A stretch of DNA of 64,000 nt from Cyclobacteriaceae bacterium (GTDB lineage Bacteria; Bacteroidota; Bacteroidia; Cytophagales; Cyclobacteriaceae). The stretch spans positions 272,053-336,052 of the forward strand of contig CBDEVW010000004.1 in the NCBI GenBank assembly GCA_965243755.1, in the 5' to 3' direction. The position numbers and the translations under genes were made by a program. The notes under the pieces are model-generated. The model saw nothing but the letters and a program-made list of their open reading frames with translations, made no database searches and was not told the DNA's origin. Positions 27,681-36,861 of this stretch are shown here, piece after piece (positions within the stretch are counted from its first letter, which is position 1; each line of letters begins with the position of its first letter).

Positions 27681-28354
27681 ATCAACAATTACAAATAAAA
27701 CACTGGTTTGATGAGACATACCGGAAAAGAGGGTTTCAGTACCTCAGGCCTGTTCAGGCATACGAGATATTTAAATCTGTGCTTTTACCTGGAAAAGGAA
27801 AGGTGCATTTAGATGTAGGGTGCGGTCCAGGTTTATTGTTGGAGGTTTTTTTGAAAAATGGAGCCATTTGCCACGGACTGGATATATCACAGGAAGCCAT
27901 TGAGTTGTGCAAAAGGAACTGTCCGGAAGCTGTTGCCATAGAAGGAAATGCTGAAAATTTACCTTATAAAGATCAAACATTTGACTCAATCAGTTGTATT
28001 GGATCCCTGGAAAGAATGATTGACCGTAATCGTGTCTTGATGGAAAAAAGACGGGTGTTGAAAGATAGCGGTGAGGTATGCATTATGGTTAGAAATTCAG
28101 AAAATATTACATGGAAGTACTTTTGGAAACCCCTGGGTTTATACAACCGCAAGGGGCATCAGGATGCAAATAACCTACAGCAGTGGAAGTCTTTGTTCGA
28201 ACAGAGTGGATTTGAAATACTGAGGGTTTACCCTGATCATTGGCCATATTACAGACTGATACAATGGTTCAAACCAGACTATAGTAGAATCAGAAGGTTT
28301 CCCTTCAGTATTGAACTTGCCTATGAGTTTATATTTCACTTAAGAAAGAAATGA
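27674..28354 (+). CDS. Class I SAM-dependent methyltransferase
   Basis: 226 aa. Motif I HLDVGCGPGLL, post-I GLDIS, then FDSISCIGSLERM. Confidence 0.85.
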   Translation: MVDQQLQIKHWFDETYRKRGFQYLRPVQAYEIFKSVLLPGKGKVHLDVGCGPGLLLEVFLKNGAICHGLDISQEAIELCKRNCPEAVAIEGNAENLPYKDQTFDSISCIGSLERMIDRNRVLMEKRRVLKDSGEVCIMVRNSENITWKYFWKPLGLYNRKGHQDANNLQQWKSLFEQSGFEILRVYPDHWPYYRLIQWFKPDYSRIRRFPFSIELAYEFIFHLRKK

Positions 28355-29142
28355 GCAAGGTTGCCAATATATATAATGTGCTGTTCGAGATGGAAAGCAA
28401 AAAGAGGAATTTGCCGTACCCTATTCACAAGAGACTGGCAATACCTGATTCTGGCAACCTGATCAATTTTCTGTTGGAAAAAATAAATTTTCAAAATGAT
28501 ATAAATATTCTTGATGCCGGTTGTGGGACAGGAAATACACTTTTTCAGTTAGCGGCTCTATATAGGATCAATGGAATTGGAATATCCTTGAGTGAGGCCG
28601 AAATAAAAAGAGCACAATCTTATCTGGATAAATATTCAAATGGCTCCCGGCTTTCGTTTGAGCAAAAAAATTTTGAATCCAGAATTACAGGTAAGTATCA
28701 AAAAATAATTGCAATTGAATCATTAAAACATGCTGATTCAATCAAAAAAGCCTTGTTTAATTTTAATGAGGTACTTGATGAAGAAGGAGAAATCATAATA
28801 GCAGATGACTTTACTGATTCTGAAGATAAGCTAATATATAAACAAAAAGAGTGTTGGGGGGCTCCCTCGTTTACTTCAATCTCGAGATATACCGATATCC
28901 TCAGTTCTTTAGCTGAATACCAGTACACTATTTATGATGTCACAAGATATGTATTGCAGAAACCCCGGTTGGTGCTAATGGTTTTAACTTCATTCATGGC
29001 TTTATTATTGCCGCTCACCTTTGGGAAATCCCGAACCAAGATGTCCATATTGTATGGAGGGTTAATACTGGAATATTTATATCACCAGAAAAAAGTAAGC
29101 TATGTTGTATTAATTGCTAAAAAGAAGCGCAATGAAAAATGA
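28351..29142 (+). CDS. Class I SAM-dependent methyltransferase with hydrophobic C-terminal segment
   Basis: 263 aa. Motif I ILDAGCGTGNTL, then GIGISLSEAEI. The C-terminal LVLMVLTSFMALLLPLTF is TM-like. Confidence 0.8.
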   Translation: MSKVANIYNVLFEMESKKRNLPYPIHKRLAIPDSGNLINFLLEKINFQNDINILDAGCGTGNTLFQLAALYRINGIGISLSEAEIKRAQSYLDKYSNGSRLSFEQKNFESRITGKYQKIIAIESLKHADSIKKALFNFNEVLDEEGEIIIADDFTDSEDKLIYKQKECWGAPSFTSISRYTDILSSLAEYQYTIYDVTRYVLQKPRLVLMVLTSFMALLLPLTFGKSRTKMSILYGGLILEYLYHQKKVSYVVLIAKKKRNEK

Positions 29143-29503
29143 AAAAGTATCGAAAGAACGATTTATAGCCCTGAAGATTTACTTTGACCGGGCCCGGATG
29201 TACCTTGGATATATTAATTTCTTCTTACTTAATGTGGTTATTATCAATTCATTTGACAATCCCAACTATAGGGATTTGGTAGAGAGCTACAAATGGATCA
29301 TTATGCCTGTTTTATTTCTGGTATACACCATTGGCTTAATTGGTGTGGGGTATTTGGACACAAAACTTGGTTTACGCAGAGAAGAAATGAGGAATAACTC
29401 CCTAATGAACCCGGTGCTTACTGACCTGGTAGAAACGACAAAACGCATAGAGGAGAAAGTCAACTCATTAGAAAGTTTAAAAGAAAACAAATTACAATCT
29501 TGA
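29132..29503 (+). CDS. Small 2-TM membrane protein
   Basis: ATG at 29132 (MKNEKVSKERF); the track start at 29114 is TTG. Two hydrophobic helices are followed by a C-terminal amphipathic/coiled segment. No family recognised. Confidence 0.5.
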   Translation: MKNEKVSKERFIALKIYFDRARMYLGYINFFLLNVVIINSFDNPNYRDLVESYKWIIMPVLFLVYTIGLIGVGYLDTKLGLRREEMRNNSLMNPVLTDLVETTKRIEEKVNSLESLKENKLQS

Positions 29504-30243
29504 TAAGGGTACATGCATCGTTTCATAAGTGCATGACCATGTATTTCATTAGGGTTATGTCAGGAATATACAATACAGTTCCGTTTACCACTCCTTCATT
29601 TCGACACTTCGAGAGCATACAAGGTGAATTCTATAATAATCTCAATAACTATCGAGTACTGTCAACCAATGGATTTGCAGTTGATCCAGACAAGTTTCCT
29701 GATGGTGAAGATTATCGAATTACAAGATTTGTCAGGGATCCGAGGGATTTAATCATTTCGGGATACTTCTATCACTTGCGTGGTGCTGAACCATGGTTTA
29801 GATTTAAACATGTTGACCCTAAATATTGGGAACCTATCAATGGCAATGTGCCAGACAAAATGCCACCAGACATTTCCTTTGCAGAATATCTGCAGTCCAT
29901 ATCCAAGGAAGAGGGCCTAATAGCCGAGATTGAGTTTAGGAAATTTCATTTTCAATCGATAAGAGAATGGAAAATTGATGACAGAATTAGGTTATTCAGG
30001 TATGAAGATATCCTGGGAAATGAGGAACAAAAGTTTGATGAGTTACTTAGGTTTTATGAGGTTTCCCCGATTGAGAGAAAACTGGGTGTGTGGTTAGCCC
30101 GCAGGCAAAAATATGTCAATGGACAAAAACGGAAACACATTAGAAAACCTGAGCCCGGTCAATGGCAGGAGCACTTTACCCCAAGGGTGTTGAAATATTT
30201 CAATAAGCATTATGAAGACGTTTTAAAGATTCTCAATTACTAA
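29500..30243 (+). CDS. Sulfotransferase-family-like protein (start uncertain)
   Basis: RFVRDPRDLIISGYFYH matches the 3'-phosphate-binding RDPRD..S.Y motif of PAPS sulfotransferases. No clear PKxGTT 5'-PSB loop. The track start is TTG at 29500; the first ATG codons are at 29533 and 29539. Confidence 0.5.
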   Translation: MIRVHASFHKCMTMYFIRVMSGIYNTVPFTTPSFRHFESIQGEFYNNLNNYRVLSTNGFAVDPDKFPDGEDYRITRFVRDPRDLIISGYFYHLRGAEPWFRFKHVDPKYWEPINGNVPDKMPPDISFAEYLQSISKEEGLIAEIEFRKFHFQSIREWKIDDRIRLFRYEDILGNEEQKFDELLRFYEVSPIERKLGVWLARRQKYVNGQKRKHIRKPEPGQWQEHFTPRVLKYFNKHYEDVLKILNY

Positions 30244-30965
30244 CTTCTCTTCATAATTATACTTCCAGCTGTGGAGGAAAGAAATGATAAAATAACTAAA
30301 CCACCTGAGCTATATACCAACCATTTAATAACTTCATGCTCAAATATAAATGGTAGTAATAATGAGATGAAAAATAGTACTGCAATGGTACTTCTTATTT
30401 TTTTGCTGAGAAACTCTTGTCCGCTATTTGGAATCCAGAAAAATAAAATTTCATTGATATATTTAAATGCTCCGGGGATTAGTATAAATCCAGATAGTCT
30501 ATCCTCTTCAAAATGAATCCAGGAGAGAGTCAATACCAGAAAGCTATCTACTTCCATGTCAAACTTCTCACCTACTTCGGAGGTTTCTCTAAATTTTCTG
30601 GCTATTAAACCATCCAACCCATCCAGTAAAACTGCCAACGAAAAGCCAATAAATAAGGATAAAGTTCCTAACGCATTCTTATAATAACACGTTAGTAAGA
30701 TCAGAATTATTCTTACCATTGTAATGCTATTGGCAAAACCAAATCTGTTTTTGTTTCTAAAAAAATGAGGGATGTTCCAGAAGAAAAAGATGAACATTAA
30801 TGCAGTGAATAAAATCCAGTGATTTTGAATCAAATTGCCTCGGATTAAAATTACAAGACAAAGCAGCTGTATCACAGCCATTGACATACACCACCTCCTA
30901 TAAAATGTATTAAATCTCCAGTCCATTTGGTTCATAATCAGGAGGAATACTGTTCGGTCCACCAT
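30240..30965 (-). CDS. CDP-alcohol phosphatidyltransferase-family membrane protein
   Basis: DGLDGLIARKFRETSEVGEKFDMEVD fits D-x2-D-G-x2-A-R-x8-G-x3-D-x3-D, and the protein has multiple TM helices. Alternative in-frame ATG starts lie at 30935, 30926 and 30887. Confidence 0.8.
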   Translation of the reverse strand: MVDRTVFLLIMNQMDWRFNTFYRRWCMSMAVIQLLCLVILIRGNLIQNHWILFTALMFIFFFWNIPHFFRNKNRFGFANSITMVRIILILLTCYYKNALGTLSLFIGFSLAVLLDGLDGLIARKFRETSEVGEKFDMEVDSFLVLTLSWIHFEEDRLSGFILIPGAFKYINEILFFWIPNSGQEFLSKKIRSTIAVLFFISLLLPFIFEHEVIKWLVYSSGGLVILSFLSSTAGSIIMKRS

Positions 30966-32622
30966 AAACCCTGATGTACTCCCTTAAAAATATTGAATAT
31001 AATGACTGATGAGTGATTGTTGTACTGGAATTTTCCAGTTCCTCTTGAAAGCCATACGCCTTAAACCCATCGAGGAATCGCTTGTCCTTTGCAATAATGT
31101 GTACTGGCGTGGCAACACCGTGCTCTTCGGTATTAGCCAATACTGGAGGTTGATGATCACCAATTATTAAAAAGATATCACTGTCCTTACCTTGATTTCT
31201 GATAAAATGATCAATTACCTTTAATTGGTAATTGATTGATTTGATGTACTGATCTTGCTTAGGCTGTTTTAAAAATGTGTTGTGAACCCTGGACTTATAT
31301 TCAACATTATTCAACTGCTTCCAGTCATCTTTTATTTCTGGATCAAAAAATGGAGAATGGGAGTTTTGGGTTAAAAAAAACAGTGTGTAAGGTTCCTCAT
31401 TGCTTTTTCTGATAATATCAATGCATTTGTTTAGGGAATATTGATCCGGTGGACTAGCACCAAAACCATAAACATCTCCTTTGTAGTCTAATTTGTCGTT
31501 TAAGATCCAACGATCTATAGCATAAAATTCTCTCATCTGGTCATAGGGGATATTTACACCCAGAATTGGGTTGATAGGATTCAGGTTATAGTTTGTATAA
31601 CCTAACCTTCTGAATAGCCTAAGTAAATTGTTGCTGGAGTGGGCACATTTATCATATAAGAGATTTTGATAATAGCTTTGGTTTGGCATATTAATACCGT
31701 ATAAGAATGAACTATACGCTAACCAGGACTGACCACCTGTAGTTGGGGATTTGCTATATGTGCTTAATGTTACCCAGTTCTGTGAAGACATGTTTGCAAG
31801 AAAGTTCCTATAGTTGGAAAAGGCTACATGTTTATTTTCACCCTGAAAATAGTATGAGCCGTATGACTCAATAAATAAAAAATGAATATTAGGAGTGCTA
31901 ATAGGGTTTTCGACAAGAATTACAGATCTGGCTTCATGAATTTTTTTCCCTAATTCGCTGCTTGCTAATCTGTAATTGTTATAACTCCTGTAAATATTCA
32001 ATGCAAACTCTACCATTGTAAAATGATATCTTAATTTAATATCAGATGGGTAAGGAAAATGAAAACCAAACTTTTGAATTGATCTCAATAAGGGGACAGA
32101 CCAGATAGTTGCTATAGTTACAAATATTGTGTTAGGCTTCAAGGAAAACGAAAATGGTATAAACCATTTGACCAGAGAGAAAGTAATAAGCGATAATAAA
32201 AAAGCTCCGATAATTCCAATAAAAAGGTATATTCTTGAATCTTTCCAGACTATCGCAAGACCAGTTTTAAGGAGTTTTAATTCATTAATTAAGTCGGGTT
32301 CCTGGTGGTACAGCGCTCTAAGCAAGTACTGATGGGTATTGAAAATCAAAATAAATAAGAATAAAATTGTTATTGGAATTTCCAGATTAGACAAATCCTT
32401 GAACCTGGAAATAATTAGAATAATTGAGATTTCAACACTGTATCTGAAGCAATCCTGATTTGCACTTATGATCAATCCAGATTTTTTGAATTTTGTCCAT
32501 TCAGAGATATATGGTAAAAAATAGGATTTTTTAAAATGGACGATGTAGTTAATGACGAAATTCATGGAATTTAATACCAGGAAAATCAGCCAAAAAGTGA
32601 GCTCGTTAAAAACATTATGCAT
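30910..32622 (-). CDS. Membrane-anchored alkaline-phosphatase-superfamily transferase (LtaS / sulfatase-like)
   Basis: 570 aa with ~5 N-terminal TM helices. The extracytoplasmic domain carries HFLFIESYGSY (metal site), SPTTGGQSW (candidate Thr nucleophile) and FLIIGDHQPP. Confidence 0.65.
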   Translation of the reverse strand: MHNVFNELTFWLIFLVLNSMNFVINYIVHFKKSYFLPYISEWTKFKKSGLIISANQDCFRYSVEISIILIISRFKDLSNLEIPITILFLFILIFNTHQYLLRALYHQEPDLINELKLLKTGLAIVWKDSRIYLFIGIIGAFLLSLITFSLVKWFIPFSFSLKPNTIFVTIATIWSVPLLRSIQKFGFHFPYPSDIKLRYHFTMVEFALNIYRSYNNYRLASSELGKKIHEARSVILVENPISTPNIHFLFIESYGSYYFQGENKHVAFSNYRNFLANMSSQNWVTLSTYSKSPTTGGQSWLAYSSFLYGINMPNQSYYQNLLYDKCAHSSNNLLRLFRRLGYTNYNLNPINPILGVNIPYDQMREFYAIDRWILNDKLDYKGDVYGFGASPPDQYSLNKCIDIIRKSNEEPYTLFFLTQNSHSPFFDPEIKDDWKQLNNVEYKSRVHNTFLKQPKQDQYIKSINYQLKVIDHFIRNQGKDSDIFLIIGDHQPPVLANTEEHGVATPVHIIAKDKRFLDGFKAYGFQEELENSSTTITHQSLYSIFLREYIRVYGGPNSIPPDYEPNGLEI

Positions 32623-32836
32623 AATCCTCTAACTTACTCATCAAGGCAAACAGTTGCTTCATCATTTTAAATTAGATTAAAAAACTAAATTATGAATGCT
32701 TTACCTGATGGATTTCATCAGTTTAAGTCCTTCATCATCAGTACTTCCGAATATGGTAGTTATTCACACAAGGTTATCCTAAAATTAAGTATCTTTAGTA
32801 TCCACCTGGAACAATAGGGACATTTTTCTGCCGGGA

Positions 32837-35800
32837 ATGAAACAACTAGCTCAAATAACAACATTTTTGATGTTGCTCATGTGGGTTTGCCTAGGGGATT
32901 TAGCATCCGCTCCTACACCCACAAGATATGAGTTCCATCATATTGAGGTCGATGATGGCCTTCCAAACGGGGTTGTCCGTACTGTTTATCAAGATCGCAA
33001 AGGCTTCATTTGGATAGGGACAGATGCCGGATTGGTAAGATACGATGGCTATAGCTTCGAAATTTTCCTGAATGAATTTATGGACCGGGTATATTCTCCC
33101 GGAAATATTATTCTTGACCTTGCAGAGGATCAGAACGGTCGCTTGATTGCCGGAACTCAGGCGGGCTTGATTATCCTGGATACAAATACCGAAAAGGTAA
33201 AGCATTACAAACCCATTGAAGGGGACTCCACTTCACTATCTGACCGATGGGTAGAAAATATCCTGGTGGACAGCAAGAACAGAATATGGGCTGCCACGAA
33301 TCAGGGATTACATCTCCTCAACGAGGATGAACAGGGGTTTACCAAATTTCCATCTTTTTCCAGCGCTAAGATATTCACCGGAGCAATCGCCATGTCTTTA
33401 ATTGAAGATGAAGAGGGATTCATATGGCTCACATCAAACAAAGGCTTTCTTTACAAATTCAACCCTGATGATGGATCTGTACAGAAATTTGCATTTCCCG
33501 AAAACCAAAAGCTTGAAGTAATCAGCCTTCTCAAAGACAACTATGGGACAATTTGGCTAGGCACACTTGGACAGGGAATTTGGACATTCAATACTACGAC
33601 CAAAGCGTTTAGCCCCTTCCAGGTCGAATGGAAAAACGGCAACCTTAAGGTAGTCAGAGATTTTCTTGAAGCGAGCGACGGAAGAATATGGATGGCCCTT
33701 GACGGAAATGGTATAGCAATGCATGATCCAGTCACGAAGGAAACAAGCTATCTTCGTTTTGACCCATACATGGAAAATGGCCTCAACACCGACCAATTGT
33801 ATAGTTTATATGAAGATAGGGATGGTAATATTTGGGCAGGAACCTTTAGGAAGGGCATCAACCTATTTTCCGTCAACAAAAAGCAGTTCATCACTTACAG
33901 AGCGATTGCCGGGAAAAGTAGAAGTTTGTCCAACAACTCCGTGATGTCCATGTTGGAGAATGATGATGGTAGGATTTGGGTGGCAACAGACGGTGGTGGC
34001 CTTGATTTGTTTGACCCACGAACCGAAGAGTTTTTGCACTTTAAATACTCAGAGAAAGATCCATATTCCATCAGTTCCAATGTCATTACCGCAGTAGCAA
34101 GTGATCATAACGGCTTGATATGGCTTGGGACCTGGCAGGGGGGAGCTAACTTGTTCAATCCTAAAACCGGAAGATCCAAAAGGTTTTATCACGATCCGGA
34201 TGATGCAAAGACGATTGCCGCCAACGACGTATGGTCAGCGCTTGTTGACTCTGAAAACAATATTTGGTTGGGGACTTTCAATGCCGGTCTTGATCGATAC
34301 GATCCTGTTAAAAATGTGTTCATCCACTATACCGGAGGAGATAAAGACCCCTCCATATTGGGTTGTATCCTGTTTAAAATGTTGGAAGATGATGATGGTA
34401 CACTTTGGATTGCCACAGATAAGGGGTTATTTCAGTTTGATCCTAAATCCGAACGGTTTACTCGATACGTCAATGACAAAGACGATCCCAATTCAATTCC
34501 CGGAAACGATGTGAGAGCCATATATTTTGACGAAAATGGAACTTTCTGGATTGGTACCAATCAGGGCATTTGCCAGTTCGATCGGGAAAAGCGACATTTT
34601 GTATCCCTTGATATCAACGATCAGCTAAAAAATAAGGCAATCTATGGGCTGTTAAGTGATAAAAATAATAACCTCTGGATAGGTTCCAAAGGTGGGCTTG
34701 CCAGGTATAATCTGATTACCAGGGAACTGCGAAATTTTGATAAATCTGACGGGATCCAGGGCGCTAACTTTAATTCCAATTCTTCCATATATACCAAAGA
34801 TGGTTTAATGTTTTTTGGAGGAGTCAATGGAATGACCATGTTTGACCCATTAAATATACGAGACAACCAGATTGTGCCTCCTGTCTACATCAGATCCCTC
34901 TATATATTTGATCAGGAAATTGGAATTGGGGATACATTGGACGGCAGGGTATTACTGCCTCAGGCACTCTATACAATGCCCACCATTGAGCTGGAATACA
35001 GGCAAAATTTTAAGGTGACCTTCGCCTCTCTGGACTATACTTCATCACTTAAGAATCAGTACAGGTACAAACTTGAAGGATATAATTCGGACTGGGTCTA
35101 CACTTCATCGAATAACAGAATTGCATCATATATGAATCTGGACCCGGGTGAATATCGGCTAATAGTTGGCGGTACAAATAGCGATGGGGTTTGGAGTCCT
35201 CACGAACATTCCATCAATATCAATATCAAACCTCCATGGTACATGATCGGTTGGGTGAGGGTACTGGCATTGGTCTTTTTGGTTGGATCGTTGGTGATAG
35301 CGTACAAGATGAGAACCAACATGTTGAAGAGAAGGAGTGTAGAACTGGCCAATCTGGTTCGTGAAAAAACCCGTGAAATCAGAGATAAAAATGAAAGGCT
35401 GGAGTCACTTAATCAGGATCTCATTGAAAGTCTGCATCAAAAGAGTAAAACACTGAAGCAGTTAAGACAAACTCAAAATCAATTGATTGAGTCTGAGAAG
35501 ATGGCCTCCGTGGGGCATCTCGTTGCGGGTCTTGCCCATGAGCTCAATAACCCGATGAGTTTCATTAAGGGAGTGGTTGAGCCCATCAAGATGGATGTGA
35601 TGGAGTTGAAATCTCTATTGCCTGAAGAGCTAAAAGTGGCTCATCAGGAGCTGTTAAGTGAACTGCAGATTCTGACCAGTGGAATGGAGGAGGGAGTTGT
35701 AAAAGCTTCTACAATCATCAAAAACCTAATGGACATCTCTCCACTCAACGCCAACAAAGAAGAGTCTAAAATATGTGTAAAAGAGCTGATCTCAAATGCC

Positions 35801-36220
35801 TCCAAATCAATCAACTTACCTCCGGATATAGTTAATGTGTCTTTGCCTTCCAGCGAAGAAATTACGATTCTGGGTAATCAGATGGAATTAAATCAGGCAT
35901 TGGCCAATGTGATCAGAAACTCTGTTGATGCCATACCCATGGGTGCAATCGGACAAATCAATATAAAGGGATACAGGGAAAATGGTCATGTAATTATTGA
36001 AGTAGAGGACAATGGATTTGGGATGGATAAAAGTACAGTTTCTCAGGTATTTGATCCTTTCTTTACTACAAAAGAACCTGGAAAAGGAAAAGGCCTTGGA
36101 CTATACATAGCCTACGGAATTGTTAAAAAACATGGAGGAGAGATATTTGTTACCAGCCAGCAGGGGATTGGTACTAAATTTACTCTGATGCTACCTCCGG
36201 CACCAGAAAACACCGATTAA
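32837..36220 (+). CDS. Sensor histidine kinase with periplasmic two-component-regulator propeller repeats + Y_Y_Y domain
   Basis: 1127 aa with ~14 repeats of the ..D..G.IW.GT..GL..(Y/F)D type. YRYKLEGYNSDWVY (Y_Y_Y), a TM helix, a coiled coil, H-box SVGHLVAGLAHELNNP and ATPase motifs DNGFGM and GKGKGLGLY. No receiver or AraC domain. Confidence 0.9.
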   Translation: MKQLAQITTFLMLLMWVCLGDLASAPTPTRYEFHHIEVDDGLPNGVVRTVYQDRKGFIWIGTDAGLVRYDGYSFEIFLNEFMDRVYSPGNIILDLAEDQNGRLIAGTQAGLIILDTNTEKVKHYKPIEGDSTSLSDRWVENILVDSKNRIWAATNQGLHLLNEDEQGFTKFPSFSSAKIFTGAIAMSLIEDEEGFIWLTSNKGFLYKFNPDDGSVQKFAFPENQKLEVISLLKDNYGTIWLGTLGQGIWTFNTTTKAFSPFQVEWKNGNLKVVRDFLEASDGRIWMALDGNGIAMHDPVTKETSYLRFDPYMENGLNTDQLYSLYEDRDGNIWAGTFRKGINLFSVNKKQFITYRAIAGKSRSLSNNSVMSMLENDDGRIWVATDGGGLDLFDPRTEEFLHFKYSEKDPYSISSNVITAVASDHNGLIWLGTWQGGANLFNPKTGRSKRFYHDPDDAKTIAANDVWSALVDSENNIWLGTFNAGLDRYDPVKNVFIHYTGGDKDPSILGCILFKMLEDDDGTLWIATDKGLFQFDPKSERFTRYVNDKDDPNSIPGNDVRAIYFDENGTFWIGTNQGICQFDREKRHFVSLDINDQLKNKAIYGLLSDKNNNLWIGSKGGLARYNLITRELRNFDKSDGIQGANFNSNSSIYTKDGLMFFGGVNGMTMFDPLNIRDNQIVPPVYIRSLYIFDQEIGIGDTLDGRVLLPQALYTMPTIELEYRQNFKVTFASLDYTSSLKNQYRYKLEGYNSDWVYTSSNNRIASYMNLDPGEYRLIVGGTNSDGVWSPHEHSININIKPPWYMIGWVRVLALVFLVGSLVIAYKMRTNMLKRRSVELANLVREKTREIRDKNERLESLNQDLIESLHQKSKTLKQLRQTQNQLIESEKMASVGHLVAGLAHELNNPMSFIKGVVEPIKMDVMELKSLLPEELKVAHQELLSELQILTSGMEEGVVKASTIIKNLMDISPLNANKEESKICVKELISNASKSINLPPDIVNVSLPSSEEITILGNQMELNQALANVIRNSVDAIPMGAIGQINIKGYRENGHVIIEVEDNGFGMDKSTVSQVFDPFFTTKEPGKGKGLGLYIAYGIVKKHGGEIFVTSQQGIGTKFTLMLPPAPENTD

Positions 36221-36861
36221 TCTGCCAGTCCATTTTCAATGGCATACCTCACCAACCCTGCAGAGTTCTTTACCTGAAGTTTGCTGATGAGGTTTTTTTT
36301 ATGGGTATGAACTGTGTGTGTGCTGATAAACAAAGTGTCCGCTATTTCTTTGGCGGTATATTCCTCCGCCAGGTACCGAAGGATTTCTTTTTCTCTGCGA
36401 CTCAATTTTACGTTCAAAGTTTGGCTTTCGCCATGGAATACCTGGTTCATGTAGGATTCTTTTACTTCCCTCGAAAAATATTTATTGCCGGCATACAATG
36501 TTTCCAACGCTTCCATGAGCTCTCCTTTTTCGGCATTCTTCAACAAATATCCATCCACCTCTTTTTTGATAAGCTTCTCTATTTTATCAGGGTCATTGTG
36601 TGTGCTGAGGATTAACGTTTTAATGTGAGGATAATCTTTCTTGATGATACTATGAAGCGCTATGCCATCCATCTGTGGCATGCTGATGTCTGTAACCACA
36701 ATATCAGGTTTGATATGGTCCAGTTGGTCCAGCAGTTCTTTGGCTGAAGTCGCCTTACAAGCAATGTTGATATGTTGATCCCTTTCAAAAATAGCAGATA
36801 AGCCATCCAGAAACATGGCATGGTCATCTACCAGCGCTATGTTAATGATTTCATTACTCAT
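36217..36861 (-). CDS. NarL/FixJ (LuxR)-family response regulator
   Basis: 214 aa. Receiver domain (IALVDDH, VVTDISMP, K in ..DGYLLK). LuxR HTH REKEILRYLAEEYTAKEIADTLFISTHTVHTHKKNL. Confidence 0.9.
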   Translation of the reverse strand: MSNEIINIALVDDHAMFLDGLSAIFERDQHINIACKATSAKELLDQLDHIKPDIVVTDISMPQMDGIALHSIIKKDYPHIKTLILSTHNDPDKIEKLIKKEVDGYLLKNAEKGELMEALETLYAGNKYFSREVKESYMNQVFHGESQTLNVKLSRREKEILRYLAEEYTAKEIADTLFISTHTVHTHKKNLISKLQVKNSAGLVRYAIENGLAD

